In this document: positions 25,940 through 40,900 of the stretch, piece after piece
Layout of the letters: the number at the start of each line of letters is the position of its first letter
Numbering within the stretch: position 1 is the stretch's first letter
Assembly: GCA_964234715.1 (NCBI GenBank)
Contig: OZ174278.1
Source of the DNA: Podarcis melisellensis
Lineage: Eukaryota
DNA length: 64,000 nt
Direction: 5' to 3' (one strand)
The notes under the pieces: model-generated
What the model saw: only the letters and a program-made list of their open reading frames with translations
Databases searched by the model: none
Told to the model about the DNA's origin: nothing
Program-made: the position numbers and the translations under genes

Positions 25940-28900
25940 GGGCGGCTTCCCAAAAAAAATATTAAAATACTCTAATACATCAAACATTAAAAGCTTCCCT
26001 GAACGTATTAAACTTATGTTTAATATTATGTTCGGTGTTTTTTCTAATCTCTGTGCAAGTGACTAACTGTTTTGTCTTGAAGAACATGATGGATAAGGAA
26101 TATTTAAAATAGTGTAAAGTTAATTTTTAATTTAAAAGAACATCCAGTCTTGCAAAGACCATTGATGCTTTCAGGTGTTCCCAGTTTCCTTGAACCATCT
26201 CTTTAAGGCTACTTTGATCATGACATTCAGAGAACATTACTTGTTTAGATGGAATATTACACTCCTCCACAGAGAGACTGAAATTAGTCTCCTTTAGATA
26301 GATGCACAATGATGAAACAATTTAGTAAAGTTTCAGCTGAACCCTATGCCAGTCATGTATCACACCTACACCTTAAGGATACTCTAGTTGGATAAGTACC
26401 GTAAATTTGAAGATGACGCGTATGAGCATATTGAAAAGCCTAGATCTCCCTTTATCTGGAACTCTAAAGCAATTTGGTGGTAAACATGTGGAATGTTATT
26501 GACCCTACCCTGATACCATTTGTGGTGGTGTTAAAGGAAATGAATGTCTTGGGATCATGTTGACTTCTTGGACTTTCGTGCAGCTTTTATGGTTTCTCAG
26601 TTACTACAGTAGTGGCAGAACTGACATCAAAAGTTGTAAAAGTAAAAACCTTGATTTTTCCATAATTTAATCCTCACAGAAAAAACCTATGGCAATTTAT
26701 ACTTCACCATAGTGCTTTTTTAAATAGAACTGTATTATAACAAGCTTAATACATGCAGGTATCAATATATAACAGTATTCCACAACCTTTCATCATGATT
26801 GTCCTTGAGCCAACTTTTGGTTAGCCATGAAATGCTTTTATGTTTAGTATTAGCCGGTTCTCTTTTTCTCTATGTGATACCTCATCAGCTAATTACATAT
26901 AGTCTGCAGAACAGTAACTAATGGTTAGAAGCCCAGTAATTATCATTGATAAAATGAACATCACAATGGTAAAACTATTCCAATGAAACTTCACCCACCT
27001 TTTTTTAAATAAGTAAGAACAGCAGAGGCCACAATTCCTTTACTAACTATCAAAATGTTACAGGCGGTGACCATATTGCGTGGGGTTTCTGTTCTTGCGG
27101 AGCATATATTAGCCAGTCCTGTTCTGCCCCGCCCCCATTCCACATCCAAAAGCTCCCAAGTGTTGGCAATTACACATCAGTTGAATGCTCCTAAAATGGT
27201 CATGCCTGTATTTTAATGATTGGGGCAAAGGGGATTTTAATACTTTGCAGAAAGCCTGGCTGAGGGGTACACAATGCCCAGCATTTTGGGTCAACCTTAC
27301 ACATTTTGACCCTGTCACTGAAGGCTGGGTAACCCTTGTTAAGGGATGGGAACAGCCATGAGCACAACAGTGGTCCAAAATGCAGTGAAGCAAAACAAAT
27401 GGATGAAGCTCATAGACTGGCTTTTTCAGTAGAAGTTGACACTTGATTCATTTTATATAACACACATCAATGCAAAATGAAAGTGTAAAGATACGGAACA
27501 CCCTGGGCATACTGCACCAGCTTGAGTTAACTTTTTAGGATATCTTCATTACTGACAGAAGTCTTGTTTTGCTTCTTTTACAGATGTGATGCAGACCCAT
27601 CAGCTCTAGCTAAGTATGTTCTTGCTTTGGTAAAGAAGGATAAAAGTGAGAAAGAACTGAGGGCGTTATGTGTTGATCAGTTGGATGTGTTTCTTCAAAA
27701 GGGTAAGCTCTTGTAAATATATCACTGACTTGTTCTGAATTCTGACTCCACCTTGAATTAATTGTATATGATTATTATTGCATCCTGGGCTGAATGGCTC
27801 TGCATTAAATATAACAAAAAAGTATGCAGCCCAACAGATTTGTTGATTCAAAGAAATAAAGTAGTGTATAACATCTAAGAGACATTATAGATACTCAAAT
27901 CCTGTTGTAGAAAATAAATGCATCATATGTCTCACTCTTGGAAGCTATGAATCCTTTTGAGTGCTTATTGGATCATCATCTAGAATTAAGTATTAGAAAT
28001 ACTAAGAATTAAATAGTAGATGCCTTAGATATATAAAAAATACAGTCGTACCTTAGAAGTCAAATGGAATTCATTCTGGAAGTCTGTTTGACTTCCAAAA
28101 CTTGCAGAAAACAAGCCGTCACTTCTGATAGGCTGCAGGAAGCTCCTGCGGAACCCGCGTCAGGCGTTTGGGTTCCAAAGAACATTCGCAAACTGGAACA
28201 CTGACTTCTGGGTTTGCGGCATTCAGTAGCCAAAACGGTCTACTCGTAAGGTGTTTGACTTCTGAGGTATGACTGTAAATATAATAAATTCAATTACAGA
28301 GCACTCCCCAGGCATTTTTATAAACCCAAACATTTTGTCATTTTTAAATGAATAGTGCAGTTTGTGAGTTTGTATCTGTCACACCAAAAATTGATTGTAG
28401 TCAACCCAAAGTTGTGTTTTAGTCTACCATCTTGATTCAAAATGGCCCCTGGCACCCAAACATTGACGAAGACTACCGCCCCCACCTTTTGCATTCTTCT
28501 ACCAAGTTTGGTGACGGTATATCAAGAGGCAATCTATAGAGAACAGACGAACAAAACTTTCGAAAGTGCATAGTAGATATACTTCTCTCTCCTCTGTGCT
28601 CTGCTTGCTAGAAATGCTCTTTTTCCATGTGCTGTCCATAAAGAGTGTGCCAACACTTGAGGAGGCAGATGAATGCCTGATGCTGCTTTTCTCAAGATTG
28701 AAAGCTCCGGGGATGGGTTTTGGGAATAGCACTGTGCCATTGATGGGAAAGGGTTGGTTTACTGTAGGTCTTCTCTACTGCCTACAGTTGTCATGTACCC
28801 CAAGCAAACAGAAGAGTGACCATTTGCTCAACCAATGCAAAATGGCTAATTGAATTCTGAGTAATACTAGCCATAGAAATTGTTTGTCAAGTGTTACCTT

Positions 28901-31900
28901 TGGATCTTGTTTTAGAGACCCAGATATTCGTAGAAAAACTTTTTGATGCTGTGAATACAAAGAGCTATCTACCTCCACCAGAGCAGCCGACATCGGGAAG
29001 CCTGAAATCAGACTTTTTTCAGCATCAGGAAAAAGAAACTAAGAAGGAAGAGGTAGGGATCAGTCATGCACCCTCTTCTTAATGCGTATCTTGCAATTTG
29101 TGTCTGTATGTTTAATCTGTTTTCAGTTACAATGCATTTAAATGCCAATTTCTTAAAGCTCAATACTTTTGATAGGTGATTGTTGAGGATAAACTTCCCT
29201 TGGTGACTCTTAACTACATGATATAGTGAACCTTATAGAATGAAGCTATGGGTGTTACTATTGGATCGAGGGTGTGAGACTAGTATTTACAGGTGCAATA
29301 TTTGTTTGGAGAACCTTGAGCAAGAGTGGATTATCACATATATGTCTAAAAACCACCCTTCATCCAAAGTTCACAGAGCGATTTGCAATATAAAATCACA
29401 AAAGGACATACCATGGTAACAAACAAAAGCAATACCTCCCAGTTTAAAAGGTCATTGATTGTTTAATTAACCCAAGGCATGCGAGAAGTGGAATTTTTTG
29501 CCTGATGCCTCTTCTGAACTTCAAATTCTCATGTCAAAGCATCTTCTTTGTTACAAAGATGTGCAGTTCTAAGGACTGAGGTTGGCGTAGAATTCTTGAG
29601 AAGGATTTTGAAATGGTTCTATTTTATTTGGTTGCTGGATGTTTCTCTGGGTGCTATACTCTTGTCTGATTTTCCTTTTCCTTCTTTATCAAGGTCATTA
29701 AAGAGGAAGAGCGAGAGAAAAAGTTTTCTAGAAGGCTAAACCATAGTCCCCCTCAGTCAAGTTCACGCTATCGAGAAACCAGGTGATCATGTATTCTGTC
29801 CCTTGTAGTAAAAACCAGGAGAGGTTATTTAACAAAGTTTTCATGTTGTTTTTTACTGGCTTTGCCTTCCTTTTTCATGTATAAATGTTTTGAGGTGGAT
29901 TTAGTTACATTGTTTGCTGTTACAGCAGTTTGAAACAAATTATATGGTAAGGATACAAAGGTATAAATGAGCAAGTCTCCATGTGTAATACATACAGAGC
30001 ACAATCCAAATTTTGTAATTTTTAATGAAGTTTTTATAGATACATAAGGGAGTGTGCTTTCAAACATAGCTATCTCCTTCTACCTGACAGTTTTGAAGTT
30101 AAAGAGCACCTTAGTGAATTTTGTAGTACAAAATTGTCAACCTCTGAATTTTCCTACAACGACTCTGCATCATCAGTGTTATTTACACCCACTTAAATGG
30201 ATGGTGATTGTCTTGAGTCAATATACATTTTGTATGATATATTGGGGGAAATGCACAACACTTGCATCTGCAGGAAAGCACCCAACTATTCACAGATTAT
30301 TGCATTTGAATTAGGATTTGCCTTTGGTATGCATCCATTTTTCATGGAAGCAAATCCTGCCTTGGCTACCACTTAGAATGTCTGAGCTCATGAAGGTCTA
30401 GGCTGCATATCAAACAGTGGAAATATAAGCCACTTTACAATACATTGCTGGGTTATTTGAAGTATTCTCTCCCCTTTCATTTGCTTTGTTTTCTCTTATG
30501 AGAGTCTACATCGGGGCGGACTTTTTTCTCTGCTCATGTGTTTTCAATGAGAGTAGGAGGGAAACTTGCATTATTCTAGGTGCATTTTGTGACGTGGAAT
30601 GTCATTATTGTGAGCAGCTTCTCAGCTCTGGGTGCAGTGCTGCACCTGAGATTTCAGATTAAAACTTCAGAATGGAAGGAAAGGAGGACTTTTTTCTGCC
30701 TCCCCTCTTTCAACTACTCTCTGAAGTCTGGAGAAGAGACCTGTGAAAAATGAGCATAATATTTTAGCTGCAGTTCATTCATTTTCAGCTTTGTATTCTT
30801 GTTATAAAACAGCACTCTGAGACGTTTCGTTGATGTGCCCATGACCTAGGTTTAAGGTGTCATGGAGCTCCTAGCTTTCCTATCTTAGTTTCTAACACTG
30901 GCGCTGTGCTATTGGTATTCCAGTTTGCTTCTAATATACAGTAACAGAGCTTCATGTCCTTGAGCTCAGAAACGCAAATGGCATAGCATGTTCTTGTATC
31001 TATGGGGAGTTCATGGGGGAGGGGATAGGAGTGTAAGTTAAGGCTGGGATATACCGCTTTTCAACATCACAGTGTATCACCAGCCAAACATTACAATATA
31101 GTAATGCATCGTGATGATGAAAAATGGAGGGGTGGAACAAGCTACATCGACCCCTGGCGCCTCAGGGGGCCGGGGCCGATGCAGTTCGTTTTCCCTTCAG
31201 CGTTCTGAGTGCTGGCAGCAGAGGGACTCCAGAGCGGTGGTGGATTCACTCATGATATACTGCTCAGAAAAATGCCATTGTGCTCTGGCCCTCAGACCAG
31301 TCCTGGGCGATGTATTGATACCTGAACCAGGGCTTTTTTTCAGCTGGAACTCACCAGAACTTAGTTCCACCACCTCTTTCTAGAAAAATAGCACTGCCCC
31401 ACACTATATAGCTTTTAAAATGGCTTGTGGTAGGTGATAACTGGTGCTGGTTCAAAGTTTGGTTTTGCCCAGAATTGGCACTTAAAATAGTGTTTGCGTT
31501 CATTTTAAAAATATTTTCACTGATTCTGATACAAATGGTTACACTCTTATATTTGGTATGGATTTTCTGTTTAGAGCCTAGAATTTATTTCTGTGTAACA
31601 ATCCAAAATATTTAGAAGCAGGGATGAAAGAAAGAAAGAGGAGCGTTCTCGCAAGAGAGACTACGACCGGAATCCCCCGCGAAGAGAGTCCTATAGAGAC
31701 CGCTACAACAGAAGAAGGGGGCGGAGCCGGAGCTACAGCAGGAGTCGCAGCAGAAGCTGGAGCAAGGAGAGGTTGCGGGATCGAGACCGCGACAGGACCA
31801 GGAGTCGAAGTAGAAGTAGAACAAGGAGCAGAGGTGAGCGATGCTCTGCACAGGCTGACTTGCAGCATTGCAATTCTTTTTGTAATCTGCTTTAAAGGCT

Positions 31901-34900
31901 TTTGTTGTTTTTTTTACAATCAAGCAGTATATAAACTTAAATAAATGAATGAGTGAGTGTAGGACTGTCTCCAAACTACAAATTGGTACTCTGTAGAAAA
32001 TGAACGTTTTCAGGTTTGGATGGATAAATCTTGCTTACCAAAGGCTTTTCAATATATGTGGTTAGATATCATTTGATACATTCAAATGATCATTAATGTT
32101 CTGTCCAATACTGGACATTGCAAAAGTCTGAGGATACCGCTGAGAGGCGAGAAATCATATGTGCTGCCTTGGGATCCTCAAAGGAGATGCAGGATATAAA
32201 GTAGGAAAACATATACCGTATTTTTCTCTTCATAAAACTCACTCCCCCCCCCCCCCTAGAAAGTAAGGGGAAATGTCTGTGCGTGTTATGGAGGGTATAT
32301 GATTATGTTTATGCTCTAGAAAAGCTACGAAGATTTCTTTTGAAAGTACCAGGACAATAATATACAAATATGCCACAGAAGTGTGTTCTAACACACACAC
32401 GTTTTAAGTACAGTGCCATCCTGTGGATATATACTTAGAAGTAAAACCATGGTGTTTGATGGTGTGTGTTCTCATGCATTGGATTAGCAGACACATGCTT
32501 ATTGCTTTCCTTCGCATGTTTTTTCCACACTCTGTACACTAGAGGTGCAAAGGAGCAATTGAACCGAGAAAAACTGTATATATTTGAATGGTCTTTCTTC
32601 TGGTTCACTTGCCTGTTTCTTCCTGTGGTGAGATTATTGGGGAAGAAGAGCACACACAATCTCTCTCTGGGTGAAATCTGATGAAATGACATCACAACAA
32701 GTTATTGGGTTTGATACTTCATTTGTCCCACAGCAAAGGGCTTTCTTTATGTGTTTTAGGATTTAAGACGCTTAGCCAATTGTATTTTGTAAATGTGATT
32801 TGAGGTTGCCATTGGCTGTCCTGCACGCTTTCAGATCGATAAACCAGCTGGGATAGGGAGTTTTTTTAGTTTTAAAAATGTTCATCAGTTTGCGTAATAC
32901 TTGTCTTACTGACATAATGTGGATGCCTTGTTCTTCTTTGCAGAAAGGGATATAGGGAAACCAAAATATGACTTGGACAGAACAGAGCCATTAGAAAACA
33001 GCTATACTCCTGTTTCTTCTGTAACAAACATTTCATCCAGCCATTACCCTGCCCCTACACTAAGTAGCACTATAACGGTCATCGCTCCTGCTCACCATGG
33101 AAATAATACTACTGAAAGTTGGTCAGATTTTCATGAAGAACAATTAGACCACAATTCCTATGGGAGACCTCCACTGCCAAAGAAACGTTGCAGAGACTAT
33201 GATGGTAAGAACAAAAAACGAGTTATCCCATTGCCTTGCCGAGCATTGACAACAATAACCAGTATATCTTCCAGACATTTTAAATATTTTCTTTTAAACT
33301 ATTTCTTATCCTTAGTATTTCGTATTTCATTTTATTGTTTTACAAGTGAAACATAAAAAGTAAAAATGGGTGGAGCTTTCTTTGCGATTGGAGGTTTATG
33401 AACTCATTTCCAAAACTGAATGGAAAGCTATTAATTTGCACTGCTCAGAACATCCTGGTAACATACTGTTTTAACTTTTCAGAAAAGGGTTTCTGTATGA
33501 GAGGAGATATGTGTCCATTTGATCACGGAAGTGACCCTGTAGTTGTAGAAGATGTGAACCTTCCAGGCATACTGCCTTTTCCAGCGCAGCCCCCGGTTGT
33601 TGAAGGACCACCTCCTCCAGGACTTCCTCCACCACCTATTCTTACTCCTCCTCCTGTAAACCTTAGACCTCCTGTTCCACCTCCAGGCCCTTTGCCACCC
33701 AGCCTTCCACCTGTTACAGGTAGGATGTACCTTTTAAATTTCAAAATAACTTACTGTACTATGTTGAAACCCATTAAAACACTGTTCAGATACAATGTTT
33801 CTAAACGAAATTGGGGGAAATTCTTAAAAATGAGGAGGAAAACAAGAAAATATCCTGGGGCATGGAGTTCCATAACTGGATTTCCGTCACTGAGAAGTCC
33901 CTAGGTTTTGCAGCAGCTTGATACATCTTAAAGCATAAGGGCCTCAGCAAAACAAGCACAGAAGGTCTCGCTGCCTGGGAGAGGGAATATATAGAAAGTA
34001 GTGTACTTTTAGGTATAACGGTGCAGATCTCGTAAGCTTTAAAGGTCAAAATTGGCACATTTATTAAATTTGCATTCAGACCAACTGTATCTCTAAGGAT
34101 GAGTGTTTATATTGTCTCTATTACCTGTTGCATTTAAAATTCTGGTGGCCGAAGTTTGAACTAATTGTGGTTCAGGCACCAAGCTGAAATCTGTAACCAA
34201 CCAAGCACTACTCCTCTTTCCTTTTACTACTCACCTTACACTAATAGGGAACAGCATGCTACTATTTTTACAGTGAACCTACATAGTACGGCAAGTAGCT
34301 TCCCTGGTGACTGTACACTTGTTAAACATTGGTTAAAACATCCAGGACCTTTATTTACATACTGAGGATAGCCTTAGTTAAACAGCCAGAAGCTAAACAG
34401 TGAGTTCTTCTATCCCTATGACTGCCTTTATGCTGCTGTCTGCCTCTGAAGATCCATAGTGCTGTCAATGGTCAGGGTATTATATTTTGTGCTGTATGTG
34501 GTTGCTTTTTTCTTTTCACTTTTGGTATTAAATTATTTCTGGTTTTGACAGGACCACCACCTCCTCTCCCACCTTTGCAACCCTCTGGTATGGATGCTCC
34601 CCCAAATTCTGCAACTAGTTCTGTTCCTACGGTTGTAACAACCGGTATTCATCACCAGCCACTGCCTGCTCCACCCTCTCTTTTTACAGGTGCAGTACTA
34701 GAATATTTACTCATGATAAAGAACGTTTTATTATCCTTAGACAGATGCAATGGACAATTGGAGTGTAACAGATTTTATCATCTGGTAGAAACTTGTCATT
34801 GTCAAAGGATAAAACTGTAGAATGTAGTTTTACACTCGACAACAGGATCAAAAGCATTGCAAAATTAGTTCCGAGCCCCACGGAACATGAAATGTATTTT

Positions 34901-37900
34901 TTCCAAGCAGCCAACTTCTTGCAGCAAACTACTTTTGAAACTCATGGGGCTTAAGCAGTTTGTAATTTTTTATTTTTTTTTGCAAATTTATGAATGCTTC
35001 ATAGCCTGAAGCCATCCAAGTGGTGTACAACAGGATAAAAATAAGATAAAATCTACAAAATACGAAATATGTCATGGGGATCAGATGTTCATATTCAAAA
35101 CAGAATTATTATTTTTTTAATCCACTGAGCTAGTTCAGGCTCCACAGAGGAGCCAAAGCAGCTCTTTGGATCCTGGCGAAGATTGTCCAGAGGAAAGGAA
35201 GGTTTTGATCTGTCCACTACAGATAGTTTAAGTTTCTATGGAGAGTGTTGTATAGACTGCCTTGTTTGAATTTGGAGCTATGTAACCCTTTCTGTATTGT
35301 AGTGTAACTAGATAACTTTGTCTTTAACAGAAACATACGACACAGATGGCTATAATCCTGAAGCACCAAGTATAACTATCACTTCAAGGCCCATGTATAG
35401 ACACAGAGTGCATGCCCAAAGACCAAATTTGATAGGACTTACATCAGGGGATATGGACCTTCCACCAAGAGGTATCGTGAAAGATTTATTGATCTATGTT
35501 CTCAAGACTCGTCTTAACATTGTTTTTTAATGCAGTACTAGGAATAATTGCGTGAGTGTGTGTTATGTTTTCTGCCATTTTGAAATCTGCTAGGAGCAAG
35601 ATGTTTTCCAAGCTCTGCTGCCTAACCAACTTGTGATGTTAGAATAAAACATATTGATAATACAGGACTTGTTTGACAACGACATGCTCGTTATGGAAGC
35701 CCCTGTTCATAGACAGCGAAAATGTTGCTTTTGTAAATTTTTTAGCTGAATGTTGGTTTAATGCTATTGTGATATTTTATTATTGTATGTATGGGTTTTA
35801 CCTATTTTATTGATGCTTTTGTATTTTTAAGATGTCTTGGGGTCTCCCATGTTGTCCAAAGGCAGATTTTAAAAGCTTGCTTAATATATCATTTGAACAT
35901 ACCTTTTCGCTATGTCCCATCTTTTTTCTGATTTAAGGAAGTATTTATGTAGTTATGAAATGTTAAGAATATCTTCTCTGAAGTAGAGAAAATAACAAAT
36001 CAAAATTTTGTGTGTGTGTTTGTTTTTGACTGATATTCTACTGTGGAGAAACTAATACCATACTGTTCTGCACATGTACCTAAACCATCCAAAATAATAG
36101 ATGTGTTTGCATTGATAAAAGTCCCAGTTTACAAGTTCATTATCTGATTTTAAAAATGCACCAAAAAAGAAAAAAATTAAATGGTTGGTGGGGAGGGAGA
36201 GAGATATCAGCTAATGCATGATGAGACCTGGGCTTCTGATCATTGCCATAAAACATATTGTGCGTTTTGGAAAACTTGGAATGGTCAGTACTTAGGGCAC
36301 TAGGAATGGTATAGCTGCTTCAGGATACTATAAAACGGCCATGTTACATATATGATTGGTGCAGATGATATTCTACCTTCATCTTGCTTTACTATAAATT
36401 GGCTTGAAGAGTTGTGGGGACCTAAACGTTTTGGTTCACTTTGCAATACATCACACAGCGCAGGATGGTATTCCTTTAATTCTTTCTGCGCATGCCAAAA
36501 CTCCTTGTTTTTCCGCTGGACTGGTTTGGTTCCCTGGCTTGCAGCTTGAATCACCTGAGGCCAGGGCAGTTTGCTCAGAAAGATGTTTAGGGGAACTCTA
36601 CTTTTGCCAGTTTGGGGGCCAACAAGACTTGCCTAAACTCAGGGTATCAACGGAAGGCATGGTTGGATCTGACAAAGAAGGGTAAATTTGTGTGGGAGGA
36701 AGAGAGACTAGTTTTCAAAGCTACAAGGCTCTCCTGAACTACCCATGTGATATTTGTACTGTGCATCTGTGACAGCCCCCCATCTCTTGTCTAGCTTCTT
36801 TTTCAAAAATATTGGAAAATATCAAAGGCATCCCTTTCGGGCTCAAGTCATAAGCCATCTGCTAAATATCTAAAAGTTGAAAAGAAATATTGCTTTCTGG
36901 GCAATGTATTCTGTAGTTGCCCTGTGGGGTTTCTTGCACTTCCTTTTGAAGCATCTGGTTTTGGTATCTGTTGGAGACCAGTGCTGAACCAAAGGGACCT
37001 TGGGTTTGAAGAAGTATAGCACTTAGTATGTTCCAAAAATGCAATAAGTCAGCTGATGGTAATAAGGAGAGAAAATCCTACTATAAAATGCACAGACAAA
37101 CATCTTTTAAAAATTAATCAGTGTACTCTTCTCTTCCACACAGAAAAACCTCCTAATAAAAGCAGCATGAGGATAGTGGTGGATTCTGAGTCCCGAAAAA
37201 GAACTATTGGTGCAGGTGATGGAGTTCCAGCAAAGAAGAATTGGTTTGACAAGTGAGTAGTTGCTAGATGTGTTAACTGCATACTAATGCCTGAACTATG
37301 AAATGTGTTTCAAGTTTGCTTTTCCAGTGTTCAAATTTCCAAACCATTCAATATATTCCAATTAAAATTTCTGTTTTTTGGTTTGGAGTATCCCCATCTC
37401 CGTGATATGGATGTTTGTCACAGGTTGTTTTGTGTAATAGTCGACACTTGTCCATACACCTGTACAATCGGGTGTTTAAATTGTGTTATACAGCCTTTCA
37501 ATTGGTTCCCCATCACTATGTGTTTTTAGATTATGGGGGAGAGGGCTTTCATCCTTGTAAGTCTTGAGCATTTGGTTTCCATGATTAAGTCTGGTTCAAC
37601 ATGGCATGACATTGTAGTAAATTAGTATATGCAAACCCTGGTTGGCCTATGAGAGAGTCACACTGCTCTGAGTGCCAATTATAGAGGCACAAATGAATGG
37701 GTACCTACAGCTTGTAGCAGGAAGGACAACATATGTACATATCTGCAAATTAAGGAAATTCAGACATTTTTAACCTTAAAATCTAAAGTGGACAAAGCTT
37801 GTGATCTTAAGAGGCTTTCGGTGTTGGATTACTGAAAATTTCAGAGCACCCTCCCACCCAGATCTGCCCAGATCTGGTGAGTTGATGCAAGTGTTTTAAA

Positions 37901-40900
37901 GGGGATCAGCTCCCAGAATAACTGGTGTTTCTTCTAACTCCCTGCTTATCTTTTAAAGAGACATTTTGTGCATCCACACTGCAAACTCAAACCATTGGGA
38001 GGCCTTTGCCTGCAATGAGGGAGGCCTGCAACATCCTGTGGCCCCTTTGCCATGTGGCCAAGGGAACATAGGGTTGCTACCTTTGGTAGTTGTTTGGTGT
38101 CAATATGTGCACTCCTTCCACTCTCGTGTTTTATTTTTTGCATTTCTAAACAGCCCTTCTTAGGGCAGTTAACAGAATAGTAAGAATTGCGGAACAGTGA
38201 TTAAAAACGTATGTAAGCATTTGTTCATCTGCAACAACTTCCTTATCTCAGCAGACCAGATGTCTTCTTAGACTCCACATCTGTCTCCCAAAAGCCCAAA
38301 GGAACAGGAGCGTCTTCAGTTGAGACCAGAACATTTCCTAAAATGTAGCTTTAGACTTGTTTTTACTGAAATTCCACATCTTACCTGTCTGTCCCATTGC
38401 AAATACGTTGATTACTAGTAGCTCAAGACAGTCCCCAACTCATTGTTTTATTGCAGGCAAAACTTTAATAGAACAAGCAGTCCTGCTTTCCAGAAGAAGG
38501 TGCAATTTGGAAATGAAAATACTAAACTTGAATTGAGGAAAGTTCCTCCAGAGCTTAACAATATCAGCAAACTAAATGAGCACTTCAGCAAATTTGGAAA
38601 TTTAGTAAATTTGCAGGTAGGTGGTATCTTTGACTTTTTCCTTGCTCCTTGTTAGAGCCTAGATCACCAGGGTGCTTTTTCTAACAGGGTGGCAACCTTT
38701 GGCCTTCCAGGTGTTATTAGACTCTTATCAGACCTCACCTGTGTAGTCAGTGGTCAAGGATGATAAAAAACTGTAGCCTAGCAACATCAGGTGGGCTGTA
38801 GGTTAGCAACCCATGCTTTATAAGGATGAGCTGAAAATTCTTTGATTTAGTCCACTTTGCCGGTAATATAACAGCCAAGTATAAATGGTTATGCTTTCTG
38901 CACTCATCCCACTTCCTTAGCCCTGTTGCCTTTGTCTCCTGCTGTAGTTTTCTCCTTACTTCTGGCCACTACTGCCATCCCTTAGAGCAAAGGTCTTTGT
39001 GATTGTGCAGAGACATGAAGCATGATTGGTCTAGGGATGCCGATGTCACAAAATAGCCATGTCTTACATATTCAGATAGCCTTGCAGTGGTTTTCTACAC
39101 TGCTGTTCCTAAAAGAAAGGAGCTCTGCACACATCAAATCATTATACAGAAGGATGTGCGGAGGCAAGTGTGACCATGTTGTTGTTTTCACCCTCTGGAA
39201 AATAATGTTCTGTCATCCCCTCCACCAATATGTAGTAAAAAAGAGGGCCTGAAATTAGAAAGAAACGCTACTATTTATAAAGTACCAATGCACATTTTGC
39301 ACAGTGTTTGTACATTTAGAAATGGTGTTCCAAATGCATTACAGTGAAACCTTGTTTGTCGAACGTAATCCATTCTGGAAGCCCGCTCAGCTTCCAAAAT
39401 ATTCGACAACCAAAGTGCTGCTTCTGATTGGTTGCAGGAGCTCCCTGCACTCAAGTGGAAGCCGCATTGGACATTTGGCTTCTGAAAAACATTTGAAACC
39501 CGGAACACTTCCGGGTTTTCAGCTTTCGAAAGCCGAAGTGTTCCAAAACTGAGCCGTTTGGGAACCGAGGTTTGACTGTATTAATAGTTATTCTTCTATC
39601 TCCGTTCTCTTTTGCTACTTACTTCCCCCTTCCCAATCCAATTCCTGTTGCCTGCTTAGATTATAGCTGTAGGTATCTTTGAGGCAGGACACATTTTGCT
39701 TCTGAAAGTCTAGCACGCTGGCGGTTTGGGGTTAGTTTTCCCAGTTTCCCCAAGTGATGTAGCTGAATGGGGACAGCAAGCCTGTGTGTTGTTATTTGTG
39801 CTCTTATTCTTGGCTTTTCTTAAAAACTATAGGTTGCCTATCAGGGAGATCCAGAAGGTGCCCTTATCCAGTTTGCTACCCATGAGGAGGCAAAGAAAGC
39901 TATTTCGAGCACAGAAGCAGTATTAAATAATCGCTTCATCAAAGTCTATTGGCATAGAGAAGGCAGTGCTCCACCAATGTCAACTTCAGTACAGAAGGTA
40001 AAGGGGTAGAAGAAACAGGGTTTAAATTTTGTTTATTTTTTTAAATCCACGTAAATATACATTAGTTTTCATGCACATACACATTTATGTATGCTTGTGT
40101 TTATTTATGCAGAAACACCCTACCCTTGAGGAGGCCTCAGGGGTAATGTTGGAAGGTTAGCAGTGGTAATTCATTTAATATCTGATGTGCTACAAACACA
40201 AGATAGCAGCCTGGCTCATATGTAATTTAGTGGCTGCATTTGTACCTAACTCCAAGCCATGGTTTGCTCAACAACCCCGAGTAATCTCATAGATGAACAA
40301 ATGAGCCATGGCTTGCTTGCTTTCCACCTGCTTTTGCATTGTTCCTTTGTAGCCTGGCAAGCACCTGGGGTAGAGTAGCTAACTAAACCATGGTTAAGCA
40401 GGGCTGTTCAGGCATAATACCAAACCATAGTTAAAACAAGCCAACAAAAAATCATGGCTTCACATCAGGGCTTGTTGCTAGAAGACAAACCATGATTAGC
40501 CTACAGGACGGTTCAGTTCAAATGTTCAAACAAGCCACACTATTTAAACAAACAATGGCTTAGCTTTATGTTCCAAAGAGTCCAGTGTTTCAGAAATTAG
40601 TCTGCATGAACCTTAGGTTTGCATGCTTCTCCTTCAAGAAAGGAGAATATTTTTCACCTTATGCTTTAGAACTACACTTCCTAGTGACATTGGAATGAAG
40701 AATTCTGATTTATTCCAACAATGGTTAGTAAAAACAAACTGTCAGGCTGTTTAGACTTTGAAGTAATTCATTTTTAGCCTTAGAATTTACTCTAGTACTG
40801 TAGCTTTGTAAACAATTGCAGTGAAATATAAATGCTCCTGCAAAAGTATTTGATGCTTAGATTAGGAAATTTCTTCAGCAGATGAATACTTGCAGTTTAG

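Noticed and set aside
31578-31974. Alternative-frame and antisense ORFs over exon 5 (also over exons 7 and 19)
   Set aside because: By-products of low-complexity RS-, Pro- and RG-coding sequence that lacks stops in other frames
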